31,175 nucleotides of DNA from an uncultured virus (IMG/VR IMGVR_UViG_2585428076_000002) (lineage: Duplodnaviria > Heunggongvirae > Uroviricota > Caudoviricetes): the IMG/VR virus record IMGVR_UViG_2585428076_000002. One strand, given 5' to 3'. The notes beneath the pieces are model-generated. The model saw only the letters and a list, made by a program, of their open reading frames with translations. It did not search any database and was not told the origin of the DNA. A program made the translations under genes and the position numbers. The stretch's first letter is position 1. Every line of letters starts with the position of its first letter. Below, in pieces: positions 8,864 to 18,596 of this stretch.

Positions 8864-10172
8864 ATACTGGAGAGCGCGAGCGCTTGTCCTCTTTCAAGCC
8901 ATGGAGCAGGAAGCCCAGACCTATCGCAAGACCGCCGAACAAGCCTATGAACTGGCGCTTGTTCGTATTCGGCGCGATTTGGCCGACTGGTATCAGCGCT
9001 TTGCGGACAATAACAGTGTGAGCATGGCCGAAGCGCGGCGGCTGCTGAACGCTTCCGAGCTGCGGGAATTGCAGTGGACGGTCGAGGAATACATCGAGGC
9101 CGGACGTAGTTTGGACCCAAAGTGGCTTAAACAGCTGGAGAATGCGTCAGCCCGTGTTCATATCAGCCGGTTGGAGGCCATTCAGCTGCAAATCCAGCAG
9201 CAGATCGAGCTGTTATTTGCGAATCAGCTGGACGATTTGGACGGATTGCTGCGCCGTGTGTATGCGGGGCAGTATTACCACACGATTTTTGAAATGCAGC
9301 GAGCCTTTCACTTGGGCTGGCAGACCGCAGCACTCTCCGAGCGGCAACTGGCTATGGCGCTGGCAAAGCCCTGGACAACCGATAACCTGACATTCAGCGA
9401 GAGAGTGTGGAAGAATCGGACAGCCTTGGTCAATACCCTGCAAACCGAGCTGTCGCAGGCACTCATTCGAGGCGATCCCCTTAAACGGGTGACCGATGCC
9501 ATGGCCCGACGGATGCAGACATCCAAACGCGCTGCCGGACGGCTGGTTATGACCGAGAGTGCTTATCTATCCGCACAGGGACAGCTGACCGCATACCGGG
9601 AATTAGGTGTCGATCAGGTCGAGATCGTAGAGACCTTGGACATGCATACCTGTGCGGTATGTCAGGGACTGGACGGCATGATTCTGCCGCTGACAGCTTA
9701 TGATCCTGGCGTGACCGTGCCGCCGTTCCATCCTTGGTGCCGTGGATGCACCGCGCCATACTTTGCCGATAATACTGGCGGCGAGCGTGCTGCCAGGAAT
9801 CAGGATGGCCAGACCTACTATGTGCCGGCAGATATGACCTATGAAACGTGGCGAGAGACCTTTGTATCGTTGCCTTTATCCGATTTGCCTGATACAATAG
9901 AGGCAGAAAACGGGTTGATCATCCGTGCAAAATCCGGTCATGCGCTGGAACGTGCCATGCAGCGCGGGGTTGAGAGTGTCTGGGTACAGGATGCTCTGCA
10001 ATCACCGCTGCATATTCGCGCGGTTCAGTGGGACGACCACAATCGGCTCAGCCAGCGATTTATCGGAAAGGACGCGACGATCAATGTCAACCCGGAGACC
10101 GGCACGATCGTCACGGTTTGGCGCACGGGAAGCGCGACACGCAAAAAATACGGGAAGGGAGGACAATCATGA
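8853..10172 (+). CDS. Minor capsid protein (MuF/SPP1 gp7) with C-terminal toxin-like extension
   Basis: RLVMTE, CAVC, PPFHPWCR MuF motifs; about 90 extra residues with HALERAMQRG...VNPETGTIVTVW. Confidence 0.92.
   Translation: MDREYWRARALVLFQAMEQEAQTYRKTAEQAYELALVRIRRDLADWYQRFADNNSVSMAEARRLLNASELRELQWTVEEYIEAGRSLDPKWLKQLENASARVHISRLEAIQLQIQQQIELLFANQLDDLDGLLRRVYAGQYYHTIFEMQRAFHLGWQTAALSERQLAMALAKPWTTDNLTFSERVWKNRTALVNTLQTELSQALIRGDPLKRVTDAMARRMQTSKRAAGRLVMTESAYLSAQGQLTAYRELGVDQVEIVETLDMHTCAVCQGLDGMILPLTAYDPGVTVPPFHPWCRGCTAPYFADNTGGERAARNQDGQTYYVPADMTYETWRETFVSLPLSDLPDTIEAENGLIIRAKSGHALERAMQRGVESVWVQDALQSPLHIRAVQWDDHNRLSQRFIGKDATINVNPETGTIVTVWRTGSATRKKYGKGGQS
9870..9898 (+). promoter_or_regulatory. 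Intragenic sigma-A-like promoter at the MuF/toxin junction
   Basis: TTGCCT (9870-9875), 17-bp spacer, TGa-TACAAT (9893-9898), in a locally AT-rich patch. Confidence 0.6.
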
Positions 10173-10363
10173 CACCGGAAATAAAGTCGCTGCTCAAAAA
10201 ATTGGGCTTGCCGCATGGTGAAGATTTATCCGAAGAGGACAGAGTGTTGATCGAGGAACGCATTGGTGACCATTTGACCTTGCACTGTCTGGATCACAAT
10301 GCAGAACCGAATGAGGAAGGCCGGTTGTGTGAGGCTATCCTCGACCAGATCGATATTCTGTAA
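10169..10363 (+). CDS. Putative immunity protein for the MuF toxin (64 aa, acidic)
   Basis: GGGAGG RBS; ATGA overlap with the MuF stop; position matches MuF toxin/immunity pairs. Confidence 0.7.
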   Translation: MTPEIKSLLKKLGLPHGEDLSEEDRVLIEERIGDHLTLHCLDHNAEPNEEGRLCEAILDQIDIL

Positions 10364-10381
10364 CACGAAAAACTGAATCCG

Positions 10382-10413
10382 AAGCATCGTATTGTATGAT
10401 ACGGTGCTTTTTT
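10382..10413 (+). terminator. Rho-independent terminator after the immunity gene
   Basis: AAGCATCGTAT-N6-ATACGGTGCTT stem followed by a T run. Confidence 0.8.
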
Positions 10414-10456
10414 GTTGCCAAAAAATGAAAAATGACCGGAAAGGATGCGAGTAACA

Positions 10457-11095
10457 ATGAACGATTGGATCAAAGAGATCATCGGCGATAGCTATACCGA
10501 TGAGATGGACGGCAAGGTCACGGCGGCGCTGACCGAGCGCTTTGTCGGCAAGGCCGATTATGACCTCATGGCAGGACAGCTTGCCACTGCACAGGCGACC
10601 CTGTCCGAGCGCGACAGTCAGCTGGAGACCCTTCGACAGACCAAGGGTGATGCGGACGCGCTGCGGCAGCAGATCAGCCAGCTGCAGGCTCAGAACACCC
10701 AAAAGGACGAACAGCATCAGGCGGAAATCGCAAAAATGCGGCTGGATGCAGCGGTGGAACATGAACTGCTTGCAGCGCGGGCGAAAAATACGACCGCAGC
10801 CAAAGCCCTGCTTGCCTCGTTCCTCAAGGATGCGAAGGTCGAGGAGGACGGCACGGTGAAAGGTCTGGCCGACCAGGTAAGCCGACTGCGCACGGGTGCG
10901 GATACTGCGTTCCTGTTTGAAGCTCAGACTGCACCCCGTATTTCGGGGGCTGTTCCGGCAGGCTCGACGGCTGGTGCCGATCCGCGCACCATGGACTATG
11001 CCACCCGTCTTGCGGATGCAAGAAAGAGTGGAAACAACGCACAGGCCGTGGCAATTCTGAATGCAGCGGCGCGTGACGGTGTCAATCTGATGTAA
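10457..11095 (+). CDS. Capsid scaffolding protein
   Basis: Coiled coil, A.AKN..A.KALL, FLF motif; lies before the major capsid gene; RBS spacing favours ATG 10457. Confidence 0.88.
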   Translation: MNDWIKEIIGDSYTDEMDGKVTAALTERFVGKADYDLMAGQLATAQATLSERDSQLETLRQTKGDADALRQQISQLQAQNTQKDEQHQAEIAKMRLDAAVEHELLAARAKNTTAAKALLASFLKDAKVEEDGTVKGLADQVSRLRTGADTAFLFEAQTAPRISGAVPAGSTAGADPRTMDYATRLADARKSGNNAQAVAILNAAARDGVNLM

Positions 11096-11117
11096 TAAGA
11101 AAGGATGAACAACACAA

Positions 11118-12089
11118 ATGGCAAGTAACGTAACCGGAATGGGCACCACATTCAATCTGCCCAACTATGCGGGTCAGCTGTACACGGCCAGCCCGACCAA
11201 AACCCCGTTCCTCTCCATGATCGGCGGCCTGACCGGAGGTATGCAGACCGAGAACGACGAATTTCCGACCGGTGTCCTGTATGAGTTCCCCGAGGCAGCA
11301 CAGCCTGAGATCTCCGAGACCGCCTCGACCACTGCGCCGACTGGCGGTGAGCTGGTCAAGAGCCAGCAGACCAACGTGACCCAGATTTTCCATGAAGCCA
11401 TCGAGATCACCTATGCACGTCTGGCCAACCGCGGCAAGCTGTCCGGCCTGAATACGGCAGGTGCACAGCCTGAGCAGCCCAATGAGGAGGACTTCCAGAT
11501 CGCCCGCAAGCTCGAAAAGATTGCCCGTGATGTGGAATTTACCTTCCTCAACGGTAAGTATCAGAAGGCCAGCTCTGCGGGTCAGGCCAATAAGACCCGC
11601 GGTATGATCGAGCTGTGCAGCACGGGTACGACCATCGCCGCTGCAAATGCGCCGCTGTCTCTCGACCTGCTCGGTCAGCTTTATCGCAAGATGGCCAATG
11701 CAGGCGCGATCTTTGGCAATATGGTGCTGCTGGCGAACGCCGAGCAGAAGCAGCGCCTGACCAGCCTGTATGAAAAGCAGCTTGGCTACAATAGCCCGGC
11801 ACAGCGCAATGTGGGCGGTATGAGCATCACCCAGATTGAAAACGACTTCTTCCAGATGGGCGTGGCGTATGATCCGTTTATGCCGGTGGATACCATCCTG
11901 ATTGTCGATCTGGCAGCCTGTGCACCGGTCTTTCAGGCGGTGCCGGGCAAGGGCGTGCTGTTCTTGGAGGAGCTTGCTAAGACCGGCGCAGCCAACCGCA
12001 AGCAGATTTACGGCGAGATCGGTCTGGCACATGGCCCGTCGTTCCTGCATGGTACGCTGACCGGTCTGGATTACGAGGGACGCGAATGA
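11118..12089 (+). CDS. Major capsid protein (DUF5309/SU10-like)
   Basis: TPFLSMIGG, NVTQIFHE, QIYGEIGLAHGP motifs; 323 aa after the scaffold gene. Confidence 0.9.
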   Translation: MASNVTGMGTTFNLPNYAGQLYTASPTKTPFLSMIGGLTGGMQTENDEFPTGVLYEFPEAAQPEISETASTTAPTGGELVKSQQTNVTQIFHEAIEITYARLANRGKLSGLNTAGAQPEQPNEEDFQIARKLEKIARDVEFTFLNGKYQKASSAGQANKTRGMIELCSTGTTIAAANAPLSLDLLGQLYRKMANAGAIFGNMVLLANAEQKQRLTSLYEKQLGYNSPAQRNVGGMSITQIENDFFQMGVAYDPFMPVDTILIVDLAACAPVFQAVPGKGVLFLEELAKTGAANRKQIYGEIGLAHGPSFLHGTLTGLDYEGRE

Positions 12090-12481
12090 ACGCGCCGCGC
12101 GAGCAGGTCACGGCGCTTCTGACCGCAATGGGTGTGACCGGAGCCGAAGAGGACCGGCTGCTCGACATTGCCCTGACCAATGCGCAGAATGCCATCCAGA
12201 ACGCGATCAACCAGCTCGAGATCCCGGACGGCCTGTCTACGGTACTGGTCTATCGAGCTGCCGGGGAATATCTGCTGATGAAGCAGGGCGCAGGTCAGCT
12301 GGAGCAAATCGGGCTGGTGGTCGATGCGGCAGTCAAGCAGATTCAGGAGGGCGATACCAATACAGTGTTCGCTCTGGGCGAAGGCGATCAGACCCCGGAG
12401 CAGCGACTCAATCACCTGATCGATTGGCTGCGCACAGCTGGGGCGGATCAGTTTGCGAGATTCCGAAAGCTGGTGTGGTGA
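12086..12481 (+). CDS. Head-tail connector/adaptor
   Basis: Position; VKQIQEGDT and FRKLVW motifs. Confidence 0.8.
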   Translation: MNAPREQVTALLTAMGVTGAEEDRLLDIALTNAQNAIQNAINQLEIPDGLSTVLVYRAAGEYLLMKQGAGQLEQIGLVVDAAVKQIQEGDTNTVFALGEGDQTPEQRLNHLIDWLRTAGADQFARFRKLVW

Positions 12482-12482
12482 G

Positions 12483-12839
12483 ATGACAGCAAGGGAGAAA
12501 GCGTTATCCAAGCTGTGGACCGACCGCTGCACGGTGACCGTGCGCGAGGCAAAGACCAATCCGCAGACGCACATTACAGATTTTGTACCGCGGGTTCTGT
12601 TTACTGATGTGCCGTGCCGCCTGTCGTTTCAGACACTTTCGGCTGCTGATTCAGGCAGCGCGGCAGCTCTGACCCAGTCAGTCAAGCTGTTTTTGTCCAA
12701 TGCCTACGAGGTGCCGGAGGGCAGCCAGATCACTGTGACGCGTCAGGGCAAGACGCTGACCTTTGTCCGCGCCGGACTGCCCGGTGTCTATGTCTATCAT
12801 CAGGAAATCATGCTCGAACCGGCTGAGAGGTGGGCGTGA
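12483..12839 (+). CDS. Head closure protein (XkdH-like)
   Basis: PCRLSF, VKLF, GSQITVT, HQEI motifs; ATG at 12483. Confidence 0.8.
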   Translation: MTAREKALSKLWTDRCTVTVREAKTNPQTHITDFVPRVLFTDVPCRLSFQTLSAADSGSAAALTQSVKLFLSNAYEVPEGSQITVTRQGKTLTFVRAGLPGVYVYHQEIMLEPAERWA

Positions 12840-13453
12840 TGGCCAGATGGGGACAGTGCGATTATCGACAGCTGCAGCGCTTGCAGCAAGAATTACAGCG
12901 ATTTCAGACCGCCGAGCTGGACGCATTTTGCCGCAAGGCATCGGCGGCACTGGCTGCACGGCTGCTCACACGGGTTATTAAGCGTACGCCGGTCGGTGTT
13001 GTGCCGAACTTAGGTGCACGGACGGCTAAGGTCACCGGTCGGAGCGGAAAAAAGTATAAGATGCTCACCCGTGCGGGTGAGATCTACGAGAATTACTGGG
13101 CGGGCTACATGGGCGGCACGCTGCGGCGCGGCTGGACGGCCAAAACCGAGCAGGAAGCCCAGTCGGGCGGCGGACAAGATCCGGTTGCCTATGCAGCAAG
13201 CCTGCCCATCGCCCAAAATGGCGGGACGTACACCATCGAGATTGTAAACCCGGTGTCTTATGCGTCCTATGTGGAGTTCGGACACCGGCAACAGCCCGGA
13301 CGCTATGTTCCGGCACTGGGAAAACAGCTGAAGGTTGCCTGGGTTGAAGGTCGGTTCATGCTTACCATGTCCGAGCAGGAAATCAAGGCGCTGGCACCGG
13401 GACTGCTGCAGCAGATGCTGGAGCAAGCTTTACGGGAGGTGTTTCGATCTTGA
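12839..13453 (+). CDS. HK97 gp10-family neck protein
   Basis: RTPVG, GGTLRRGW, NPVSYASYVEFGHR, GRFML motifs. Confidence 0.9.
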   Translation: MARWGQCDYRQLQRLQQELQRFQTAELDAFCRKASAALAARLLTRVIKRTPVGVVPNLGARTAKVTGRSGKKYKMLTRAGEIYENYWAGYMGGTLRRGWTAKTEQEAQSGGGQDPVAYAASLPIAQNGGTYTIEIVNPVSYASYVEFGHRQQPGRYVPALGKQLKVAWVEGRFMLTMSEQEIKALAPGLLQQMLEQALREVFRS

Positions 13454-13896
13454 CCAATGACATCATCGCAGGGGTAGCGGGCGCACTGGCGCAGGAATTT
13501 GGCTGCCCGGTCTATCAAAATGACGTTGCCCAGGGACTGACTCCGCCGTGCTTTCTCATTTCTCTGCTGTCACCATCCCGCAAACCCTACCTGGGTACGC
13601 GGCAGCGATACGATGTGCCGCTCGATGTCCTGTACTTTCCGGAAGAAGCTGGCGACAACCGGACGCTGACAGATGTGGCAGACCGGCTGTTCGAGACGCT
13701 TGCATGGATCGATCTGCCGGACGGTGATCGGCTGCGCGGCATGGATGTGCACTTTGAGATACAGGATCAGGTGCTGCATTTCTTTGTGGTTTATACGCTG
13801 TTCCTGCGGCAGAACATTGTGCTGCCCTACATGGAAGACCTCAAAACCGATGTGATACCGGAGAAGGGAGGGGAAGCGAGTGGCACAGAAAGTTAG
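13450..13896 (+). CDS. Tail terminator/completion protein
   Basis: QGLTPPCF, DVLYFP, VLHFFV motifs; position before the sheath gene. Confidence 0.8.
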   Translation: MTNDIIAGVAGALAQEFGCPVYQNDVAQGLTPPCFLISLLSPSRKPYLGTRQRYDVPLDVLYFPEEAGDNRTLTDVADRLFETLAWIDLPDGDRLRGMDVHFEIQDQVLHFFVVYTLFLRQNIVLPYMEDLKTDVIPEKGGEASGTES

Positions 13897-14053
13897 GCGC
13901 ACAGGGGAAGCGGTGTTTACCAAGGAAAAGCTGCTGACCTTTGCGCGATATGCCAACCGGCGTGACCTGCTTTTGGCTCTTTTAGAGGATAACAAGACCT
14001 ATACGCTGCGTCAGGCCGATGCGGCGATTGCGAATTTTATGAAAAAGGAGTGA
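13880..14053 (+). CDS. 57-aa small tail protein (not in the ORF track)
   Basis: GGGAGG RBS, GTG start; FTKEKLL..ARYANRRDLL.ALLEDNKTYT...FMKKE, like small genes preceding sheath genes. Confidence 0.75.
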   Translation: MAQKVRRTGEAVFTKEKLLTFARYANRRDLLLALLEDNKTYTLRQADAAIANFMKKE

Positions 14054-14059
14054 TATTTG

Positions 14060-15379
14060 ATGGCACTTGGCGGCGGCACATATCTTGTGCAGAATAAGGT
14101 ACTTCCGGGCGCTTATATGAACTTTGTCTCGGCATCCCGTGCATCGGCGACGCTGTCCGATCGCGGCATTGCAGCCCTGCCGCTGGCGCTGGACTGGGGA
14201 CCGGAACAGACGGTATTTGCAGTCACGAATGGAGAGTTTCAGACCGACAGCGTGAAGATCTTCGGTCATACCTATACCGATGCAGCTATGCTTCCCCTGC
14301 GCGAGCTGTTCCAGCATTGCAAAACGGCCTATCTGTTCCGCTTGAATTCGGGCGGTACCAAGGCATCTTGCACCTATGCCGAAGCTCGGTATCCCGGTGC
14401 CCGCGGCAATGCGCTGCGCGTGGTGATCGAACAGAATGAGGCGTTCGAGGAAGGGGAGAACGAAGTCTATGATGTTTCGACCTATCTGGATGCCGTGCGC
14501 GTAGATACGCAGATGAAGGTCAAGACCGCAGCCGAACTGAAAGCAAACGACTATGTGACCTGGAAGAATGCTCCTCTGACGGCAACGGCTTCGACACCGC
14601 TTACGAGCGGTACCGATGGCACGGTGCAGGATGCGGCATATCAGGTCTTTTTGGACAAGATCGAATCTTATTCTTTCAACACCTTGGGCTGTGCGAGTAC
14701 GAACGAAACCATCAAGGCGCTATTTGCAGCGTTTACCAAGCGGCTGCGTGACGAGATGGGCATTAAGTTTCAGACCGTCCTGCATCGCTACATCAAGCCG
14801 GATTTTGAAGGTGTGGTCTCGATTGAGAACGGACTTGTGGACGCACAGGACGATCCGGCGCTGGTCTACTGGGCGACCGGTGCGCATGCAGGCTGTGCGG
14901 TCAATCAGAGCCTGACCAACGCAGCCTACACCGGCGAACTCACCCCGTATGTGGATTACACCCAGACACAGCTTGAGGAAGGCATCCGTGCGGGCAAGTT
15001 CATGCTGCACCGGGTGGGAGACGAAGTACGTGTGCTGACCGACATCAATACGTTTGTCAGTGTGACCGATGAAAAATCGGCAGACTTTGCATCCAATCAG
15101 GTTGTGCGTGTGCTGGATCAGATCGCAAACGATATTGCGCTGCTGTTCAACACCAAATATCTGGGTAAGGTGCAGAATGATGCTGCGGGTCGTGTTAGCC
15201 TGTGGAATGACATTGTCAAACACCATGAACAGCTTCAGGATCTGCGTGCCATCGAGAATTTCACCTCGGACGCGGTCACCGTCCTGCCGGGTGAGACCAA
15301 GAAGGCTGTGCAGGTACAGGATCGCGTGCAGCCGGTTGCTGCAATGGAGCAGCTGTATATGACGGTCGTTGTGGCGTAA
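14060..15379 (+). CDS. xkdK: Tail sheath protein (XkdK-like)
   Basis: MALGGG...NKVLPGAYMNF N-terminus, DINTF, NQVVRVLDQI, MEQLYMTVVV C-terminus. Confidence 0.96.
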   Translation: MALGGGTYLVQNKVLPGAYMNFVSASRASATLSDRGIAALPLALDWGPEQTVFAVTNGEFQTDSVKIFGHTYTDAAMLPLRELFQHCKTAYLFRLNSGGTKASCTYAEARYPGARGNALRVVIEQNEAFEEGENEVYDVSTYLDAVRVDTQMKVKTAAELKANDYVTWKNAPLTATASTPLTSGTDGTVQDAAYQVFLDKIESYSFNTLGCASTNETIKALFAAFTKRLRDEMGIKFQTVLHRYIKPDFEGVVSIENGLVDAQDDPALVYWATGAHAGCAVNQSLTNAAYTGELTPYVDYTQTQLEEGIRAGKFMLHRVGDEVRVLTDINTFVSVTDEKSADFASNQVVRVLDQIANDIALLFNTKYLGKVQNDAAGRVSLWNDIVKHHEQLQDLRAIENFTSDAVTVLPGETKKAVQVQDRVQPVAAMEQLYMTVVVA

Positions 15380-15392
15380 AGGAGGGAGAAAT

Positions 15393-15863
15393 GTGAGCAC
15401 AGTAATGAAGGCCAAAGATGCGGTCTACGCTTCTCTGGCACAATGCTTTATAACCATTGCAGGCAACCGGTATCTTTTCATGCAGGCCATTGACCTCGAG
15501 GCTAAGATGGATAAGACCAAGACCAAGGTACCCATTCTGGGAAAAACCGGTAAGGGCAACAAGGCAAGCGGCTGGGAGGGCACCGGATCGGCAACCTTCC
15601 ATTATAATACGTCGATCATCCGCGAGATGCTGAAGAAGTACAAGGATACGGGTGAGGATGTCTATTTTGACATTCAGATTTCCAATGAAGACCCCACCTC
15701 GGCGGTCGGTCGTCAGACCATCATTCTGCGCGACTGCAATGTGGATGGCGGTATCCTGGCGAAGTTTGACGCGAATGGCGAATATCTGGACGAAGACATG
15801 GACTTTACTTTCGAGGACTGGGAGATGCCTGAGACCTTCCAGCTGCTCGAAGGCATGGAATAA
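15393..15863 (+). CDS. xkdM: Tail tube protein (XkdM-like)
   Basis: GTG start after the AAGGAGG RBS; NEDPTS.VGRQT, DMDFTFED motifs. Confidence 0.94.
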   Translation: MSTVMKAKDAVYASLAQCFITIAGNRYLFMQAIDLEAKMDKTKTKVPILGKTGKGNKASGWEGTGSATFHYNTSIIREMLKKYKDTGEDVYFDIQISNEDPTSAVGRQTIILRDCNVDGGILAKFDANGEYLDEDMDFTFEDWEMPETFQLLEGME

Positions 15864-15875
15864 GGAGGAACGATC

Positions 15876-16298
15876 ATGGATTTACAGGCATTTTTTATGG
15901 AGAACGCAGAAAAGACCGAGCAGGTCACCTTCGTTGCATCCAAACGCTTTGCAAAGGACGGCAAGCCGGTACCGTGGATCATTCGCTGCATCACAGGAGA
16001 ACAGGACGACGCCATCCGTGCAAGCTGTATGCGCCGCGTGCAGGTGCCGGGACGCAAGAATCAGTTCACGCGTGAGATTGATGCGAATGCATACGTCTGT
16101 AAGCTGGCCGTTGCGTGTACGGTGTATCCCAATTTGAACGATCAGGCACTGCAGGACAGCTGGGGTGTGATGGGTGCAGAAGCCCTGCTCAAGACCATGC
16201 TGAACCCGGGCGAGTATGCAGACTATGCAGCCAAGGTACAGGAGGTTTGCGGGTTCGATGCCTCGATGGACGAGCTGGTGGACGAGGCAAAAAACTGA
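15876..16298 (+). CDS. Tail assembly chaperone (XkdN-like)
   Basis: VYPNLND..LQDSWGV, PGEY, ends EAKN over a slippery site. Confidence 0.92.
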   Translation: MDLQAFFMENAEKTEQVTFVASKRFAKDGKPVPWIIRCITGEQDDAIRASCMRRVQVPGRKNQFTREIDANAYVCKLAVACTVYPNLNDQALQDSWGVMGAEALLKTMLNPGEYADYAAKVQEVCGFDASMDELVDEAKN

Positions 16299-16483
16299 TC
16301 GAGGACGGCGACTGGGAGGCCAACATGGCATATTACTGCCTGCACGAGCTGCACTGGACGCCGTCCACCTTTTTGCGTCTTCCGCGTGCCGAGCGTGCTT
16401 TTGTTGCTGCTGCGGCTTCCATCCGCGCCAAGGAGGAAGCCAAACGGCGAAAGGAAGCCGAACGAAAATCCAAACACCGATGA
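16289..16483 (+). CDS. -1 frameshift extension of the tail chaperone (G/GT-type); alternative independent ATG at 16325
   Basis: A-AAA-AAC at 16289-16295 just before the stop; the -1 frame reads KLIEDGDWEANMAYYCLHELHWTPS...KHR. Confidence 0.8.
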   Translation, partial: KKLIEDGDWEANMAYYCLHELHWTPSTFLRLPRAERAFVAAAASIRAKEEAKRRKEAERKSKHR

Positions 16484-16504
16484 CAGAAAGGAGAGTGCAC
16501 GACG

Positions 16505-18595
16505 GTGGCAACCATCCGTACCTCTATTGCACTGTATGACGGCGTGACCTCTCCGCTGGCAAACATGAACCGTGCGCTGAATATCGTGCTCAACAGCTTC
16601 GAGGCCATGCAGGGCGCGAGCGGCCGGGCAATCGACACCGCAGCCATTCAGCAGGCGCGGGAAGAACTTGCCCGAACTGAGACCGCGCTCAATAGCATCG
16701 AGCAGCGTTTGGGACAGGCGGATAACCAGCAAAATCGATTCAATCAGTCCCTACGTGCTGGCGGAAATGCCGCAGGCGTGCTGCTGTCCAAGATCAAGAG
16801 CATCGGCCTGACTTTGGGCGGTATGATCGGTATTGGTAAGGTGATTGGCCTGTCCGATCAGCTGGCTTCGACGACTGCCCGCCTGAATCTCATCGTGGAT
16901 GACGGCGGCAGTATCGAGGAATTGCAGAGAAAGGTCATGGCCTCGGCGCAGGCATCCCGCGCAGCGTATTTTGATACGGCCAAGGCCATCGCCAAGATGG
17001 GCGCCAATGCTGGCGCGGCTTTTGGTACAAACGACGAGGTCATCGCGTTCATGGAACAGGTGAACAAGCAGTTTGTCATCGGCGGTGCAACGGCAGAAGA
17101 ACAGAAATATGCCATGGTCCAGCTCACGCAGGCCATGGGCGCGGGAGCGCTGCGTGGTGAGGAATTGAACTCGATTCTGGAGCAAGCGCCGGGTATTGCC
17201 CGTGCCATTGAGCAGTATATGGGCATTGCCGAAGGTTCCATCAAGACGGTCGCACAGGATGGCAAGGTCACCAGTGAGATCGTCAAGAATGCGCTGTTTG
17301 CAGTTGCAGATGAGACCAACGCGAAATTCGAGTCCATGCCAAAGACCTGGGCACAGATCTGGATCGGCATGAAGAATTCCGCGCTTTCGACCTTCAGCCC
17401 AATCTTGCGTCAGATCAACCAGATCGCCAATACTGACGACTTCCAGAACACGACAAACGGCATTTTGAACGCACTTGCAGGCATTGCAGGCGCGTTGGCT
17501 GTGGTGTTTGGTTTAGGCGTACAGGTCGGCAGCTTCCTGTATGATAACTGGTCAATCATCGCACCCGTTTTGACGGCAGCCGCGGTCGCACTGCTGCTCT
17601 ACACCGGCTATCTGACCGGATACAATGCGGTACAGGCCATCTCAAATGGACTTTCGGCGGTTTCGGCTGCGCGGGCTGCGATCAAGGCAGGGGCGACCCT
17701 TGCGGAAGCTGCGGCAACGACCACCGCGACCGGCGCACAGGTTGGATTGAATGCCGCGCTGCTGGCCTGCCCGGTGACGTGGATTGTGATCGGCATTCTG
17801 ACGATCATTGCAGCAATCTACGCGGCAGTTGCAGCTATCAACCACTTCAAAGGTACGTCGTACAGTGCGACGGGATTCATTGCCGGGCTGTTTGCCACTT
17901 TGGGCGCATTTATTTTGAATTCCACCGTCATTCCGGTGCAGCGTGCGTTTGCATCGGCGGCCAATTTCATCGGCAATGTGTTCCGGGACCCGGTAGCAGC
18001 TGTCAAGGTTCTGTTTCTCGATATGGTAGAGACTGTGCTGAGCTATATTCAGAAGCTCGCGCAGGGAGTTGAAGATCTGGTCAATAAGATTCCGGGTGTA
18101 GAGGTTGAGATGACTGCCGGTATCGACTACTATGTGCGGTCGGTACAGGACGCCAAGCAGAACATCAAGGACGAATCGGGCTGGACCGAGTACGTCAAAG
18201 CTTGGGACTATATCGATTATCGGGATGCTGCGGCAGCAGGATATTCCTTTGGTGCTGGTGTCGAGGAAAAAGTAGGCAATCTGTTCAATTTTGACCTGTC
18301 CGACCCGCTGGGTGCCGCCGGGTATCAAAACAATTTTGACGGCATCTATGACAACACCCAGGCTATCGCGGATAATACCAAACAGAGTAAGAACACTTCG
18401 GACGAAGAACTGGCCTATCTGCGTATGATCGCAGAGCGGCAGGCGGTCAATCAGTTTACAACGGCTGAGATCAAGGTCGAAATGCACAACCAGAACAGCA
18501 TTGCAAATGCACTGGATTTGGACGGCATTATGGATGAGATGCAGACCCGCGCTGTACAGGCCATGATTGAGGCAAGTGAGGGGGTGCACATCTGA
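16505..18595 (+). CDS. Tape measure protein
   Basis: QLTQAMGAGALRGEELNSILEQAP tape-measure domain, Ala-rich hydrophobic middle, follows the chaperone. Confidence 0.95.
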   Translation: MATIRTSIALYDGVTSPLANMNRALNIVLNSFEAMQGASGRAIDTAAIQQAREELARTETALNSIEQRLGQADNQQNRFNQSLRAGGNAAGVLLSKIKSIGLTLGGMIGIGKVIGLSDQLASTTARLNLIVDDGGSIEELQRKVMASAQASRAAYFDTAKAIAKMGANAGAAFGTNDEVIAFMEQVNKQFVIGGATAEEQKYAMVQLTQAMGAGALRGEELNSILEQAPGIARAIEQYMGIAEGSIKTVAQDGKVTSEIVKNALFAVADETNAKFESMPKTWAQIWIGMKNSALSTFSPILRQINQIANTDDFQNTTNGILNALAGIAGALAVVFGLGVQVGSFLYDNWSIIAPVLTAAAVALLLYTGYLTGYNAVQAISNGLSAVSAARAAIKAGATLAEAAATTTATGAQVGLNAALLACPVTWIVIGILTIIAAIYAAVAAINHFKGTSYSATGFIAGLFATLGAFILNSTVIPVQRAFASAANFIGNVFRDPVAAVKVLFLDMVETVLSYIQKLAQGVEDLVNKIPGVEVEMTAGIDYYVRSVQDAKQNIKDESGWTEYVKAWDYIDYRDAAAAGYSFGAGVEEKVGNLFNFDLSDPLGAAGYQNNFDGIYDNTQAIADNTKQSKNTSDEELAYLRMIAERQAVNQFTTAEIKVEMHNQNSIANALDLDGIMDEMQTRAVQAMIEASEGVHI

Positions 18596-18596
18596 T

